Below are positions 36,401-51,400 of a stretch of 64,000 nucleotides of DNA, one piece after another. The notes under the pieces are model-generated. The model worked only from the letters and a program-made list of their open reading frames with translations. It made no database searches and was not told the DNA's origin. Each line of letters starts with the position of its first letter. Positions within the stretch are counted from its first letter, which is position 1. The DNA is from Amoebophrya sp. A120 (Eukaryota > Protista > Dinoflagellata): the NCBI GenBank assembly GCA_905178155.1, contig CAJINV010000002.1, forward strand, positions 9,001,412 through 9,065,411, in the 5' to 3' direction. Position numbers and translations under genes: made by a program.

Positions 36401-39400
36401 GTACATCGACATCCAGGTGTTGAATAACTCGATCTCGAAAGTCGAGGCGCCCCCGCCGCTGAATAACACGGAAGTGACCATGCTCCCCGTGCCGATCCAG
36501 ATTTCTCCCGGGCCCGTGTCCGCGATCCGGTCCGAGGTTTTGGGCTTGCCGCGGAACTTCGTGGCCGGCGTCGGGATTATCGCTTTACTGCAGTGGCGAG
36601 ACGAGTTCGGCAACAACTTGGTGTCCAGTCCGACGATTTTGGATTTCCAGTTGAAGATGTCGGGTGAATCCCTACCCTACACGGACAACTTCAATGGTAC
36701 CTACACGATCGTCGCGAGATCGACGTCGGCGGGGGTGAACAACGAGTTGGAGGCGAAGGTGGTCGGTGAACACTTGAAGGATTCCCCAATCTCCGGATTG
36801 AACGTGCGTCCGGGCCCGGCGTCCGCTTCCGGGTCCTCGTGCGAGATCCCGAAATTCTTCCCGGTGGGTGTGGCGACCAGGGTGGGGTGCTCGACGAATG
36901 ACGAGTTCAACAACCCGATCTCGGAGTTGGATTTGCTCATCTACGCCGAAGCGGTCTCGCAAACCGTCGGCGGGCAAACCGTGCGCGCGACCGGGGCCTA
37001 CGACCGGATCACGAAAAGATACCAGATGCCGCTGACGATCACGGAAATCGGAAACTTCTCGATGGCGGTCAGGTTGGAGGCCCGCGGGGGTCTCATGGCG
37101 CAGTACTACCGCGCGCCGCAGTTTCAGTCGATGATCTCGAAGCGGACGGATTTGAATCACGTCGGGGAGATGGTCACGGAGTACACGCAAATCGACCCCT
37201 TCGTCTCCTTCGTGTGGCCCGCATCGCCGATCGCCGAGGGTACGCCGGATTTTTTCTCGATCCGCTGGTCCGGGATGATTTTGCCTAAATTTTCCGGCGC
37301 GCACTACTTCCGGATCGAGTCTGACTACCGCTGTGCGATTCTGTTGAACGGCAAAGCTATTGTGGACAAATGGAACGTCGACGTCCCGGTGGCGGAAACG
37401 GCGACGGTGCCGGCGGGGGAGCTGCTCGCGGGCGTCCACGTCCCGTTTGAGATTTGGTACGAGCACCGGACCGGCACCGCGTACATCCGGGTGTTCTGGC
37501 GCACCGCGGCGTACGCGGAGGAGGTGATCCCCGCGGTGAATCTGATCTACCCGCTGAACATTCTCTCCGCCAACATCATCGCGCCCTCCACCCCGGCGGA
37601 CGCGTCCACCCGCTCGCTGATGTGCCGGACGATCCACCTGAAGTCCGAGGTGATTGACAATCAGATCGTGTACAGCTGCGAGGAGATTGTGGACGAAGCC
37701 ATGGTGTCCGTGGCCAACGTGTTCTACCTGCACACCCTCGATTCCTACGGCAACCCACGGTACACGGCCTCGTCGGTGCAAATCGCCGGCACGGTGAAGA
37801 CCACCCCACCAACCGCCATCACGTTCAACCACGTCGCGGACACGGGCTACTACACGGTTGAGTTCACACCCACCCGCGCCGGCACCTTCGACATCGAGAT
37901 CAAAGTGGGCAACGGCTTCCTCGCCGCGCCGATCCAGCAGGCCGTGCGGGTTCTGATCCGGCCGGGGCAGCCCAGCCCGATCCACTCCCTGGTCGAGGGC
38001 GCGGGTCTGGCCTACGCGATGGCGGGGGTGTGGAGCGAGTTCAACGTGACGCTCCGCGACGAGAACGAGAACCCGACCGGCGTGTCCGCCGGGCAGGACG
38101 TGGGATCAAACTTACCCGACGTGGCCTGTTTGGACATTGGCGGCTACGGCAAGTTCCGCTGCCGGTACAACATCCAGATCGCGGGGAAATACGAGATGAA
38201 AGTTCTCGTCAACGGGATCAACGTGCTCGCCCTGCAGCCGGGGGTCTACAACTTGTTTGTCAGCTCCCGGGTGATCGACCCCTCGTCCGGCATCCTCTAC
38301 CCCTTCAAGCACACGCAGATGTACACGGAGATCAAGCGCGCGACGGAGAATGTCGTGGTGTTCAACGCGGCGGATGAGTACGGAAATCCGGTGACCTCCA
38401 GCGAAACCACGGAGCTCGAAATTGTGTGCGAAGCGTGGGGCCCTAGAACGTTGAAATCGCAGCTGAACGAGGACGTGCTGTACCTGAAAGTCGCGCAGAT
38501 CCCCGACTTCGCCGGAATGTACCGCCTCATCATGCAGGTGAACGCGGACCGCCCGCTGGGGCAGTACACGTTGGACTGTTTCATCGTGAAGCGGGGCGGC
38601 GTGAACAGTGCGTACTACAACGACATTTGGCTGGAGGGCAACTACAGTTCCACCATTGTGGACACACACTTCGACTTCCAGTGGATCGGCGGCCGGGTCA
38701 CGGCGAACAGCAGCGACATGGTCGGGGCGCAGTTCAACGCGTACCTGAAAGCGCCCTCGCAGGGGGTGTACAACTTCTACCTGACGGTGGACGACGTGTG
38801 CAAGATTTGGCTGGACGGGGTGATCACGATGGACACCTACTACCCGGGGGTGCACTACATCCCGGGGATCTTCTTGACGCAGCAGAAACTGTATTCGGTC
38901 CACGCCATGTACCGTGACTACAAGGACTTCGCGCGGCTCAAGCTCGAGTGGGAGTGCGCGGAGTGCGGGATCACGCGCGAGGTGGTGGGGCAGACGAACT
39001 TCTACCACAGCAGATTGCGGTTGGGGAACTTCCCGCGCTACTTCCAGGTGTTCGACTGCCCGGGCAAGCCGGACGCGTTCTACCGCGACGTGCCGCAGTT
39101 GAGTGGGGAGGTCAGGTTGAAGTGGCTGCCGCCGCTGGAGAACGGCGACAAGCCGGTGACGGGGTTCCGCTTGTACCGGAACACGGGGAACGGCGACGCG
39201 GCGAAGGTGTTGCTTTACGAAACCGCGGATCATTTGTCCACGGGGTACACCGACTCCGGCGTGGACGCGACGAAAATCTACAAGTACGCGCTGGTGTCGC
39301 GAAACCTCGGGTGTGATTCCGACCCGTACGAGATTGAGGTCCAGCCGACGACCGCCCCGGGGATTCCGAACCCGCCGGAATTTTTCAACACAAGCAGCAA

Positions 39401-42400
39401 ATTCGGGCAGATCACTTTGAAATTGACCCCGCCCTTGGACAACGGGGGCGCGCAAGCCTGGCACTACGAACTGCAGCACAACAACGGGCACGACGGGCCC
39501 GCGAACGGCTACCGGACCATCTTTGGCAACGTGGACGCCGACTCGTTTACGCAGCAGGAATTGTCGACGATTTACATTCTGAAGAACCTGGTCCGCGGCC
39601 GGATTTACAAGATGCGGGTCCGCTACGCGACCATCGTCAGCTGGTCCCCGTGGTCCGCGGAGATTTCGATTCTGTGCTGCGAGTTGATAAAGCCCGAAGT
39701 GCGCGTGACAGGACTAAGAAGATCTAAGGTGTTGCCCAACACGGCAACCCAGCTGTCGATCGAGTGGGACGTGATTGAGGAAAGCCTGTCGGCACCGATC
39801 GGGTCGTCCAACATCATCGGGTACAAGGTGTGGATGCTGACTTCCACAAAGACCATCTTCGGCCCGGTAGCCTCCCCCACCATCGGCTACAACGAAGTGG
39901 AATCGGAGTTCGACACCCCCTCCGTCGATGTCAACTACTTTACCGCCAGCAACCTCGTCGCGGTCTTCACCGCCCCACTGGTCGAGTCCTACGCGTTTCA
40001 GGTGGCCGCCTGCAACGTCGCGGGGTGCGGTCCGCGGTCGGAGCGAATCGCGCTGCAGGCGGTGGACGTGTTGGAGAGGCCGAGCTTCAACGTGAACACG
40101 AACAAAACCGTGCTGATCGAGCACCAATCCGAAGACTCCATCGTTTTCAACTTCCGCCCGCCCGACCAGTGGCCGGCCGGCACGGACATGACCCAGGCGG
40201 CGATCCCGACGCCGACGGCGTCCCTGCTGGCCAAGGGGTACCGGATCTTCTGCGACGACGGGCTGGGGGGGCCGATCACCAACGTCGTCCACTACAATGC
40301 GCCCCCGACCATGACGCGGATCGTCTTTACCGGGTACTACAAGATTTTGAACAGCAACGACTACGAAGTTTTACCGCTGGAAGTGGAGAAAGTCACGTTC
40401 TCCGAGTTCATCCCGATCGTCCGCGGGCGGAAATATCGCTTCCACGTGGCGGCGATCAACGCGGCAGGGGAGTCGTTGACCACCGAAATTCCACTACAAG
40501 TCACCGCGGCGACCAAACCCCACCGCATGGAGCCACCGTTCGCCGTGCCGGAGCTGACGGATTTCGACAAGATCGTGCTGTCGTGGTTTGTCCCCGACGA
40601 CGGCGGCGATCCGATAACGGAGTTTGAGATCGAGAAGAAAATCGTGTCCGTCTCCAGGCCGTACGAGAAAACCGATTCGGTCACCGACGACAGCGAGGGG
40701 TTCAGCCTGCTCGCAAAAGTGCCCAACACGGTGGACTATTTGCTGTCCAACGCGAATTTGACTTTCACGGACAGCGCTGTGAACGCGTCGGAGCAGTACG
40801 AGTACCGGATTAAAGCCATAAATGACATCAAAACCGGCACCGAGACGCTCTTCTCCTACCCGGCACAGCTGGTCGCGGCGCCGGTGCCCTCCACGCCGTT
40901 GCTGTGCGGGGTCCGGAAGGAAACGGACGAATTTTGCCACTTCGCGGTCTCGGCCTCCACGAGAAATTCCATCAGCCTGAAGTTTTCCCCGCCGACCAGC
41001 GCTGCGGAGGTGACGAAGTTCACGATCTTCGCGAACAACGAGAAAGTGTTCGAGTCCGACGCGGGGCACCGGAACTTCACGTTCACCAACTGCGAATTCG
41101 CGCAGATTTACGAATTCGAGCTGGTGGTCACCAGCTTCGCCGGCGCGTCTGCGCGGAGCAGAAAGCTGAAGAAAACCTGCACGGCGCCGCCCGGAAAGCC
41201 GGCGAACGCTCGGCTGTACTCGGCGTCGAAAGAGATCGTCACACTGGAGTGGGACGCGCCGGAGAACGACGGGGGCGGGCCCATCACGGGCTACACCGTG
41301 GAGCGGTCCATGCCGTTTCGGGGGGAAACGGACCTGCAGAAATCCGATCTGTACGACAACGCCCTCATCCCCGAAGAAAACAAGTCGCGGGGCACGAAGA
41401 CGAACTACGAGCAGATTTCCTGCATGGTGGAGAGAAGGGAGCGAAACGTGCTCGACCGGTCGATCGGCTTCGAAGCGGACGAGCGCAAGTACAAGTCGTA
41501 CTTACCCAGCAACTACTTCACCTGCGCGGACGATAAAATCGCAAAGGACTGCCCGGACAACACCTGTTGGTATCGGGTGCGGGCCAGCAACGGCGTCGAC
41601 GAGTCCAACACGGGGGAGCCGTCGAACTACGTGGTCCTAGTCGCGGCGGACCCGCCGCACCCGCCGCCGCTGCGAACGATTCGACGAATCGACAACGTGC
41701 GGTCGCCGACCGAGATTGAGATTGCGTGGGACCCGATCGTCGGCTCCGTGATGAACGGCGGGGATACGGTCATTGGGTACAACGTGTACTGCAACGACGG
41801 CAGTAGCGAGTCCGCGGTTCCCTATCTCGACGCGGAGTTACCGGACTCCACGATCCGGTCGTACAAATTCCAAAACCGGATCCCGGGCCGGATGTACTCC
41901 ATCCAGATCGCGGCGCGGAACCGCGCGGGCGTCGGGAAGCGGTCGGAAGTCGCGAAGTTCTTCGCGGGCGTGCCCCCGGCGAAGATGGAAAGGCCGCTCG
42001 TCGTGCACACGACGCGGCAGTCGGTGATGCTGCAGTGGGCGAAGCCGATCTCGCCCGGGGATTCGCCGATTCTCGGATACACGATCTTTTACAGTGATGG
42101 ATTGAACACGACGACGAAGCTGAAAGAACGGATCGACTTGTGCAACCCGGCGGTTTTGTCCTACAACGTGACGGGTTTAACCCCCGGCCTGGAGTACAAA
42201 TTTGCAGTCACCGCGCACGGCCGCTGTCCGTCAACCGAATTCCAGTTGCCCGAGCTCCCGCTCGAGAGAGACCCAGCTAAACCCGAATGCCCTTTGCACA
42301 TCGGGACCCAGTTCTGCTCGTTGCCCGGCGCGGAACTCTCCGATGAGCTGAAGGTGTTTTCCGCGAGCCCACCCCCCGGGATCACGCAGCTGGAGATTGA

Positions 42401-45400
42401 GGCTGGGAGCTACAGGACGCACGGATTTTTCGACAAGCAGTACAACAGGTTCTACACCAGGTTGGAAAAGGATTTTGGCGAAACCGACGAGTTCCGAGTT
42501 ATCAACCGCCGACAGGAAATGTCTGTCACGATCCGGTGGAAGATGCCGGAGGTGGTGGAGGAGGACATCGCGGTGCGGTGGTTCAAGATCTACCGGGACG
42601 AAGGGGTAGGCAGGCCCGAGCACTTCCGGCTAGTGGATGTAATTCCGAACGCCGCCGGGAACCTTCTGAATCTGAACGAGACGACGTGCTCGCAGACGAA
42701 CCAGTGTGAGTACTGGGACCCGGTCGAGAAGAAGTTTGGCGACACCTTTTTCGGCGCGGGGTACAGAAAGTCCGCGGACGGCAATGACATGCAGTTCATC
42801 ACGAGCGAGATGAAGTACTTCGGGCAGATGCAGTACACCGTGGCGAACCTGACCAAGGGCCGCGCGTACATTTTCCTCGTCGAGGCGTGCAACGCCGTCG
42901 GCTGCTCCAACAGCACGCGGCTCGGCCCGATCGTCGCGGCCTTGCCGCCGAATCAGCCGCCCGAGCCGATTCTGCGCTCCGCCGCCGCCTTCCCGGTCCC
43001 CTTCGTCGACCTGTTCTTCCAGGCGCCGAGCGAGAACGGCGGGTCGCCGCTGCTGTACCTGGAGGTCTACAAGGACGACGGCCTCGGCGGGGATTTTCAC
43101 CTGTGGTGGAGCTCGCGGCTGGACGACGAGAATGTCTATTTCGGCTCCAACATGTCCGCGCTGGACAACGGCGGCGCGGCCACGGCGGGGCACAAAGTCG
43201 ACGTGGATGTGGTGCCGAACCGAGTGTACCGGTACAAGACCAAAGCGTTCAACTTGATGGGCGAGTCGCCCAGCTCGACCGTTGCAAACTTCCTGGTCGC
43301 GTCCCCGCCCAACAAACCGCCCGTGCCGCGGTTGGTCGCGCGCACCCGGGACTCCCTGCTCGTGCGCTGGAACTGGACCAGAAACGTTCTGAACGAGTAT
43401 GAACTGATCGAGACAGAGGAGTTCTACCCGGGTTCGATCGGGTACAGTTTGCTGCCGGACGAGGAGAAGCCGGTGTACGATAGTTTCTCCTACTCGAAAG
43501 AGAAAATCAAAGACTACACTGCGAACGAACTCGCCCTGGACATTCTCGGCTGCACGTTGTACCGCGACGACGGGCTGGGTGGGCCGTTGCTACCGGTCTA
43601 CAACGGCCCGGGGACGGAGTTCCGGTCTCTGTACCTAACAACCTTTCGGAACTACAAATTTCAAGTGTCCTGCACCAACCGTGCCGGGGAGTCGGAACTC
43701 TCCGACCCGGCGGTGTTTGCGCCGATCGGGTTTTCTTCTATCATCGCGCAACCGACACTAGTGGCGGTTTCTTGCGGAGATGGCGCGAATGCGCCCGAGA
43801 CGAGCGGGAAGATTTCTTTCCAATGGAAGTACCCGGAGGACGATGGGGGCTGTAAGTTATCTCGTTTCCAAGTCCTGCAAGACTGGAAGATTTTATCGGA
43901 GGTCGACGCTTCAGTTTTTGAGTTAGAAGTGAGTAACTTGAAGTGCAACTCCCGCCCGGCGTTCTCCGTTCGCGCGAAAAACTGTTTGGGGAACTACGCC
44001 GGAACGTCAGTCCCACTGCAGGTCCCGATCGCGTCGAGGCCCGCGATCGTGCAAAATTTGCGGGCGAAGATGGTGGAGATAGAGAAAGATCCGGACAGCA
44101 GCAAGGAAGGCACTTACAAAGTGGGGTTCGGCGATACGTACGCTTTTCGGATTGACTACGAGTGGGACCCGGTTCCTGACGCCGATCCGTTCAGCACGCG
44201 GATCACGGGGTATGAACTTTGGCAGGACGACGGGTTGAAAGGGCCGTTTCAAAAGATCTACCACGGGTACAAGCGCCCGGAGCAGGTGAAGTTCACGACG
44301 GACATGCTAATTCCCTCGCGGATCTACCGTGCCTACGTGGTCGCGCTGTCGATCGCGCAGGCGGAGGGGCTTGTGAGCCACCCGGAGGCGATACCGCTCT
44401 CGTCTATCCCGTCGAACGTCGTCGAAACGATCGTGTCCCGGACGCCGTCGGCTCCGTTGTTTTTGCAGGTACGGCCGGCGATGGTCGCGGGCGGAGTGAT
44501 ATCGAGCACGGCGGTGCAGCTGACCTGGCGGAAGCCGTTGAACAATAATGGGCAGCGTGTGTTGAACTACGAGGTGCAGTACGCGAACGAAGTGGACAAC
44601 TTTCTGCAGTGGACGACGATAACGCCCCCGATGCGCGACAACGACCAAACTTCGGTCCAGATCAATAATTTGGTCAAGGGAAAAATCTACCAGTTTCGCG
44701 TCGCCGCGCAGAACGCGAAGGGCCTCTCCGCGTACTCCGAAATCGCGACCACAATCGTCGGCACGCCCCCGCTGGCTGCGCCAGGGAACTTGCGAACGGT
44801 TTTCGTGCCCGAGTCGCAGCATTTTTCTCCGAATTCCAACACGAACACGTTGATTTGGGAGTGGGACGCGATCGGGCACCCGAAGACCTGGGGCACACCG
44901 CGGGGGCCGTTTGATTACTACTCGGGCGTGATGGTGACCGCAGCAGACGAAAGCAGCTACAAGAGGACAACGAACTCACTCATTACGGCGAATACCAGCG
45001 CGGAACTTGCTACGAAGGAACTCGTCTACGGCGGCGCCGCTTTGGAAGGGTACGTTTTGTACATGGATTCTGGGCGGAACGACCCCGATTCCTTCCGCCC
45101 GATCTACAACGGCTACGGCGCGCCGGGCGTGACCTACTTCATCGCGACCAACGTCACGAAGGGGCTGACCTACCGCGCAAAAGTTGCGGCGATAAACGCG
45201 ATCGGCGAGGGGCCGCTTTCCGAGGTTGCCATCTCCATCGCCGCCACGCCGCCGTCGAAGCCGGAGAAAGTTCGCGTCGCGTTCTCCAACACGACACAGA
45301 TCACGCTCGGCTGGTCGACGCCGCATGATAACGGGGGGTCGCGGCTGATCAGCTACAAAATCGAGCGCGACAGCGGGTTCGGCTGGGAGACGCTGCGGAT

Positions 45401-48400
45401 CATTAACGCCAGCGCGGGGAACAGTTTTGTCGACTACGCGGTCGTGCCGAGTAACAAGACAAGACTGGTGTCTAGTGGCAGTGAGCACCACGACCACCAG
45501 TTCAACCCCTACGAGTACCGAATTTCGGCGAAAGCGATCGCGAACGACTTTTTCGGCGAGACCTCAGATGTCATCACCGCGTACGCAGCGAGGTTGCCGA
45601 ACAAAGTGACCCATCTTGCCTTCCCCAACTACACAAGATACTCCGTCGACGATAGCACCGGGCCGAACCAGAATACCAGAACCTCGATCGCGGTCGAGTG
45701 GCGCGCGGCGGTAGACGACGACTTGGATGTCACGCACTACAAAGTCGAGATCGACGACGGGCTGGGCGGCGACTTCTACTTGGCGCAGCTGACCAGAAAG
45801 CTGTACGCCACGGTTTCAGGGTTGCAATCCGCCCGCGAGTACCGGGTGCGGGTGTGTCCGGAGAACCTGGTCGGGGTCGGCACCTGCAGCATGGAAATCG
45901 TGCAGCGGGCGGCTGAACTACCGGGGAAGATGGAGCCGGCGGTGGTGGATTCCGTGCTTCCGTACGACGCGACGAACCCGCAGCTGATTGTCCGATACCT
46001 CCCCCCGCCGGAGGACGGCGGGGCGGACATTGAGGGCTACCGAGTGTACTTCACGAACGCGGTGTCCGGCGAGAACCAGCTGGCCTGCCCGAAGTACGAC
46101 GGCCGGACCGCCAGCACGCTACTGTTCGCGCTCGTCACCTGCACCGCCGGAGTGGAGTACGAAATCCAGGTGAAGGCCCGGAACTCCGTCGGCTACGGGC
46201 CGCTGTCGGATGTCACGACCAGAACTTGCGGGACCGAGCCGTCGGCACCGTACAACGTGCGGCTAAAAAGGGTAACGCCGTCCATCCCTATCGACATGAT
46301 CGACACGCGGCAGCCAAATTCGCTGACGCTGATCTGGGACCCGCCGCGGCTGATTGGCGGCTCGCCGGTGGTCAAGTACACCGTGTACCGCGATCAGGGA
46401 TTGGGGTACGAGGATCAGGAATTTTTTCAAAGAGTCTGCGAGGTGATCTACACGGAGTGCGAGGTGATCGGGTTGATCAACGGCCGGACCTACAAGTTGT
46501 ACGTTGTCGCGGAAAACGCGGTTGGGGTTTCGCCCGTGTCTTCCATCTACGTCGCGGAGATGAAGTCGACCCCGCTCGCCGCTTTCTCCGCGCCGGTGCT
46601 GAAAACCTCCAGCGAGACGCAAATCACGCTGAAGTGGACGGAGCCGGTGTCGGACGGCGGCAGCCCGCTGACAAGCTACCGGCTGTACCGAAACGACGAG
46701 TTGGTCAACCCGTTGAGCAATTCCATCACCGTGCAGCCGACGTTCACGGACTACTCGATCAGCCAGCACGAGCTGACGGTGAGTTTCTCCGTCGCGAAAG
46801 TCGGAAGAGCGTGGATCAATGTGCTGCTCCCGGAGGACGTGGCGAAGCAGCGGATCGCGACGATCAAGAATGGAACGGACGCTTTGGGCTTGTCGACGTG
46901 CAAGAGGACCACGGGGGGGACCATGGTCGTCGCAGTGGGGTCCAACACGATCACGTTGACCAACTGCAACTTCCCGGTCGACCACACAACCCTCCCTCCC
47001 GGAAAAGTGTTCACGCTGCTCATCTACGTGGAGGGGAGCAAGGGGCTAGACGACGACGGGGTGATCTCGTCGCCGATGAACTTCACGGTTCCCGCGCCGA
47101 CGGCGAGTTTCATCCAGAGCCCGATTTTGTCGGATATCTCGAAGCACGCCGTGGTGGTGGAGTTCGAGGTGAGCTGCAGTGCAGGGTTGTACTGGCTGAA
47201 CATTGTGGTGAACACAAACCGCCCCTTGCTCACAGTCGAAACGCTAAAGCAGGGGAAGTTCGCGGAGGGCGGGGTGGCGTGCAGCATTCAAGGGCGGGAG
47301 ATTTTCGGAAACATTCTGCACAAGGTTTCTCTTTCCGACTGCCAACTCCGGGGCGAAACAACGTATTTCATCATTGTGTACGTCGAAGACCGGGGGACGA
47401 CGCACGAGAAGGGGACGCTGCACGCGCCCGTGCCCATGGTGGTGCCGCCGAGTAACGACTTCCGGATCCAGCCGTACATCTTGGGGAACACGGTGTCCCG
47501 GCAGCCGGAGGGGTCGACAGTGACGGTAGAATTCGGCGCGAAGCAGGCCCCGGCGACGGTGTTCATCACTCTGTACAGCTTCGAGTACACCACTGCGGTG
47601 ACGAAGGCGAAGGTGCGATCGGGGCACGCAGCCCTGTGCTCCAGCCGGGTACCGATCCCGTCGGTGACGTATCTGAACACCGCGACTCTGGTGAATTGCG
47701 ACCTGGAGGTTTCGAGACTGTACAAGGTGTACGTGTACATCGAAGATGATTTGATGCAGGTCCCGGCGGACGGAAAACTCCATTTGCCGGCGTTGGAGCT
47801 GGTCACGAACAGTCGCTACTTGTCGAATTTTTTCACAGTCTACCCGTATTTCAACCAATTAACGTTGACAGCCGACGTCTCCCCTACCGTCGTACGGTTC
47901 AACTATGCGGCAAACAACACCGGAAGAATCTACGCCGGCTTGCTGTTAGAAGATTCGGCAACAGACCAAAAGTGCGGCTCGTACGACTTGGAACCGGTTG
48001 GGTTTAAGCAAGACGTCCCGCCCTTCCTCTGTGGCGCGTACGGGAAGGAGGTGAGAGTCGCCACGGGGCAGTTTGTGATCGATCAGGCGGTGGAGAACAT
48101 TCCGATCAGCACCGTGGAACTGGAAAATTGCAACCTCGTGGGTGGAAAGTCGTACAATCTGTATGTCTACGTGGAAGACTACAACCCGGTGACGAACTAC
48201 TTCGCCGGAGCGATGTCGGACGCCGTAGAGATCAACATTCCCGTGTCCAATTCCTTCGGCCAAGCCGACATTGTCGACGACACAACCGCGATTTCTGCGG
48301 GTGGAGTCACTACCGACGGCCTGACGTTCGCGGTGACAATCAGCAACAAAGGGTTCGGCTGGGCGGAGATTTTCGAGTCCGCGAACATCCAGACGATCGA

Positions 48401-51400
48401 CATCGCGGAGATGAAGTCCGGTCGGTTCGCCGTCGGGAGCTCGAGCTGCAGGGTCAGCGGGACGGCGTACAACAGTTCGTTCGAACTCACCGAAAATGGG
48501 ACGAGCGTGCTGAAAACAACTGACCCCGAAAACGGTGTTTACAACTGGACGCTGTCCGGGTGTTCGCTAACTCGGAAGCAGCCCTACAGCTACTACCTCT
48601 ACGTGGAGGACGAACGGCAAAAGTCGGACGGAACTTTGCTCGGCCCGTTTGCGCTCCCGTTGCGGGATTACTCCAACTACTTTCGGGCCGATATCGAATA
48701 CTACGGAAAGCCGCACCTCCGGGGGACGCCAACGAGGGACCGGTTTGCGCTCGGCTTCACGCCGGAGTTCAACGGGAAAATTTGGTGTTTAGTCGTGGAT
48801 GATGCTTCAACTATCCCGAGCTACCTGGCTTTCGTGAACCAAACACAAGCGAAAACCAGCGCGGAAGTCGCCAAGGGGGTGAAGGTCACGAGCTTCACCT
48901 CAGACGCGGGTTTGATCCTTGCCCGCGTCGACAATGTTGAAGTAAAAGCCGGGGTTTTGCAGGAAGTAGAACTACTCGGGAGTTTCGAATTAAGCAAGAA
49001 CTACACGGCTTTCTTCTACCTCGAAGACGAAAACGGGCTCAACGACGGCTCTCTCCACCGCTTACCCGCAATCACCATCCCGGCGAAGATCGATTCGATT
49101 AATTTTTTCCACACCTTTCCCTACTTGTGCAACACTCCGACTACGGACGGCATCGAGTTCAAGTTTGCGGCGAACCAAACCGGGTATCTGTGGGCCACGC
49201 TTTTCGGCTCGGAGCATTTACACCACGGCATCACGGATGCGAAGTCGGTCAAGTACCGGAGCGGAAATGTGCAACCGATGTTGGAATGCTTTCTGAGCGC
49301 AGTGCCGATAACGGCTAGCACCGGAGATACAACAGCGTCCATGACAACATTGAACTTTACCAGCTGCTCACTTTACGCAGGGAAGGAGTACAACGTTTTG
49401 GTCTACATCGAATCGGAGGAGCTGGAGCTCGATGCAAACGGAACAGCAGTCGCGAACTCCTTCCTGCAGCTCGATTCGGACGGCACGCCCGGGAACGGGA
49501 CCCTCGCACCCATGTTCAACTTCAAGGTGCCGATTTCGAACAACTTAACAGCCTACCAACTCTCCACGATTCCCACGTACACGAAGCTAACTGGGTCGGA
49601 GTTCGACGTTTCTGTGACTGCGGAGAAGACTGGGAGGGTTTGGGTCGCGGTTTTCCCGATTTCTGTCTTCATCGCGTACTTCCCGATGGGCATGGGCACT
49701 CTGAGCTCCGATGGGGTCGTCGACACGAGTAGCGGAATGCACAGCAGTAGTTCAGTATCCTCCTACAGACGGCAGCTGCAGTACAGCTACGGCAGTTCTT
49801 CTTCTTCCAGTTCGGCGTCCTACTCCGCTGCGTCCTCCTCCGTCACGCCGAGCTACAGCTCGCCGACGACGTCTAGTTCGTCAATAGCAGCTTCGAGTAC
49901 CTCTAGCGCGAGCTCATCCAGTGGTTACTCCTCTTCCGGCGGCACGGCAGTGATCAATTACATCAGCTCTGGTTACGACGCGGCGGCCGCGGCCGCGACG
50001 ACCACCACGACGACCATTCCGCCGGTTTATGACCAGTCGCTGTTCCGGCTGCCGGTGGAAATGATCAAAAACCCAGCCGGGATAACCAATGCGGCACAGC
50101 GAGCGCTTTGCTCGACGGCAAATTACACGATGAGCGGGCACAGCATCGTTGAAAGTGAGGCGTTGACTTTGAAGTTGGAAAATTGCACCATCGGCGCCGG
50201 CGTCGCCTACGGTGTGCAATTTTACGTGGAAGACGAAAACAGCAATAACGACGGGCAGCAGTACTATCTGAAGGCGATCACACCCGTTAGCAACAGCTTC
50301 ACGATCAACCCCTACCCGACGACCGATATTTCCGCGAATGGGCTGGATTTGCGGATCGGGGTCACGCTGCTCGGGACGAATGGCGGGAAGATCTGGATGT
50401 TTATCGTGAACGAACAAACGCATTTGGCCGGTCTGGCGAACACCGTCACGGGCGCAAAAGCGTTGACCGGCGCGCAGGGCAGCAGCAATTGTCAAAGACA
50501 AGCGGAACTGATTTCCGACACGTTGATCCAGCTGGTCGGCTGCAGCTTGAGGAAGGGGGAGACGCACTACGTCTATGCGTACGTGGAAGACAGTAATGAT
50601 AACTCCGATGGGACTCTCGCGCCCCCTCTCGCAATCTACGTCCCGGCGTCGAATGTCTTCACCGTCCCCTGCTACTTGAAGTCCACGCCGGTCGAGGACG
50701 GTGTGAAGTTCACGTTCACCGCCAGCGAGGCGACGGGGAAGCTATATGCGGCAGCGATTTCCAAGATCGACTACGAGTTGCGCTTGGCGAACACGTCGAT
50801 GTTGAATACCACGAGCTCGTTGGCGGAAACCGTCGTGGATTTGGCAAGCTACGGGGACAGCAATTGGTACAACTTCGCCGGCTGCTGGGTCAACTTCGTC
50901 ACGATCAGCGGCTCAGGGACGACCTCGACCACCGGGCAAGTGACCACGTGCAACTTCCAGCCGTTCACCGACTACAAACTCCTGGTCTACATCGAGGCGG
51001 ACCATGCGTCGCCGGCGGTCGCGGTCACCGACGGCAGTCTCGCGATCCTGGACGTGAACATCGGCCCGAAAACGAGATCGAACTGGTTCACCGCGAACCC
51101 GTTGGTCGACACGCAATTCGCCGGCTACAGCTACGACAAAGTGTACTTCTCCATCGGCACGTTCGCGGAAGCGGGTTACATTTACGCGATTGTGATCAGT
51201 GAGGACGCGATCACTTCCGTCACGACGGTGAACGAGGTCAAGTCGGGGAAGTTTTCCCACGGTGGGCGGGAGTGCAAGCTGAACCGCGCGCAGCACTTTT
51301 CCTACACGCAGAACCAGCCGAACGTGCAGCCGGACTACTTCACGCACATCCTGCGGGAGTGCGAACTGGTGATGGAGAGGTCGTACTACTTGGTGGTGTA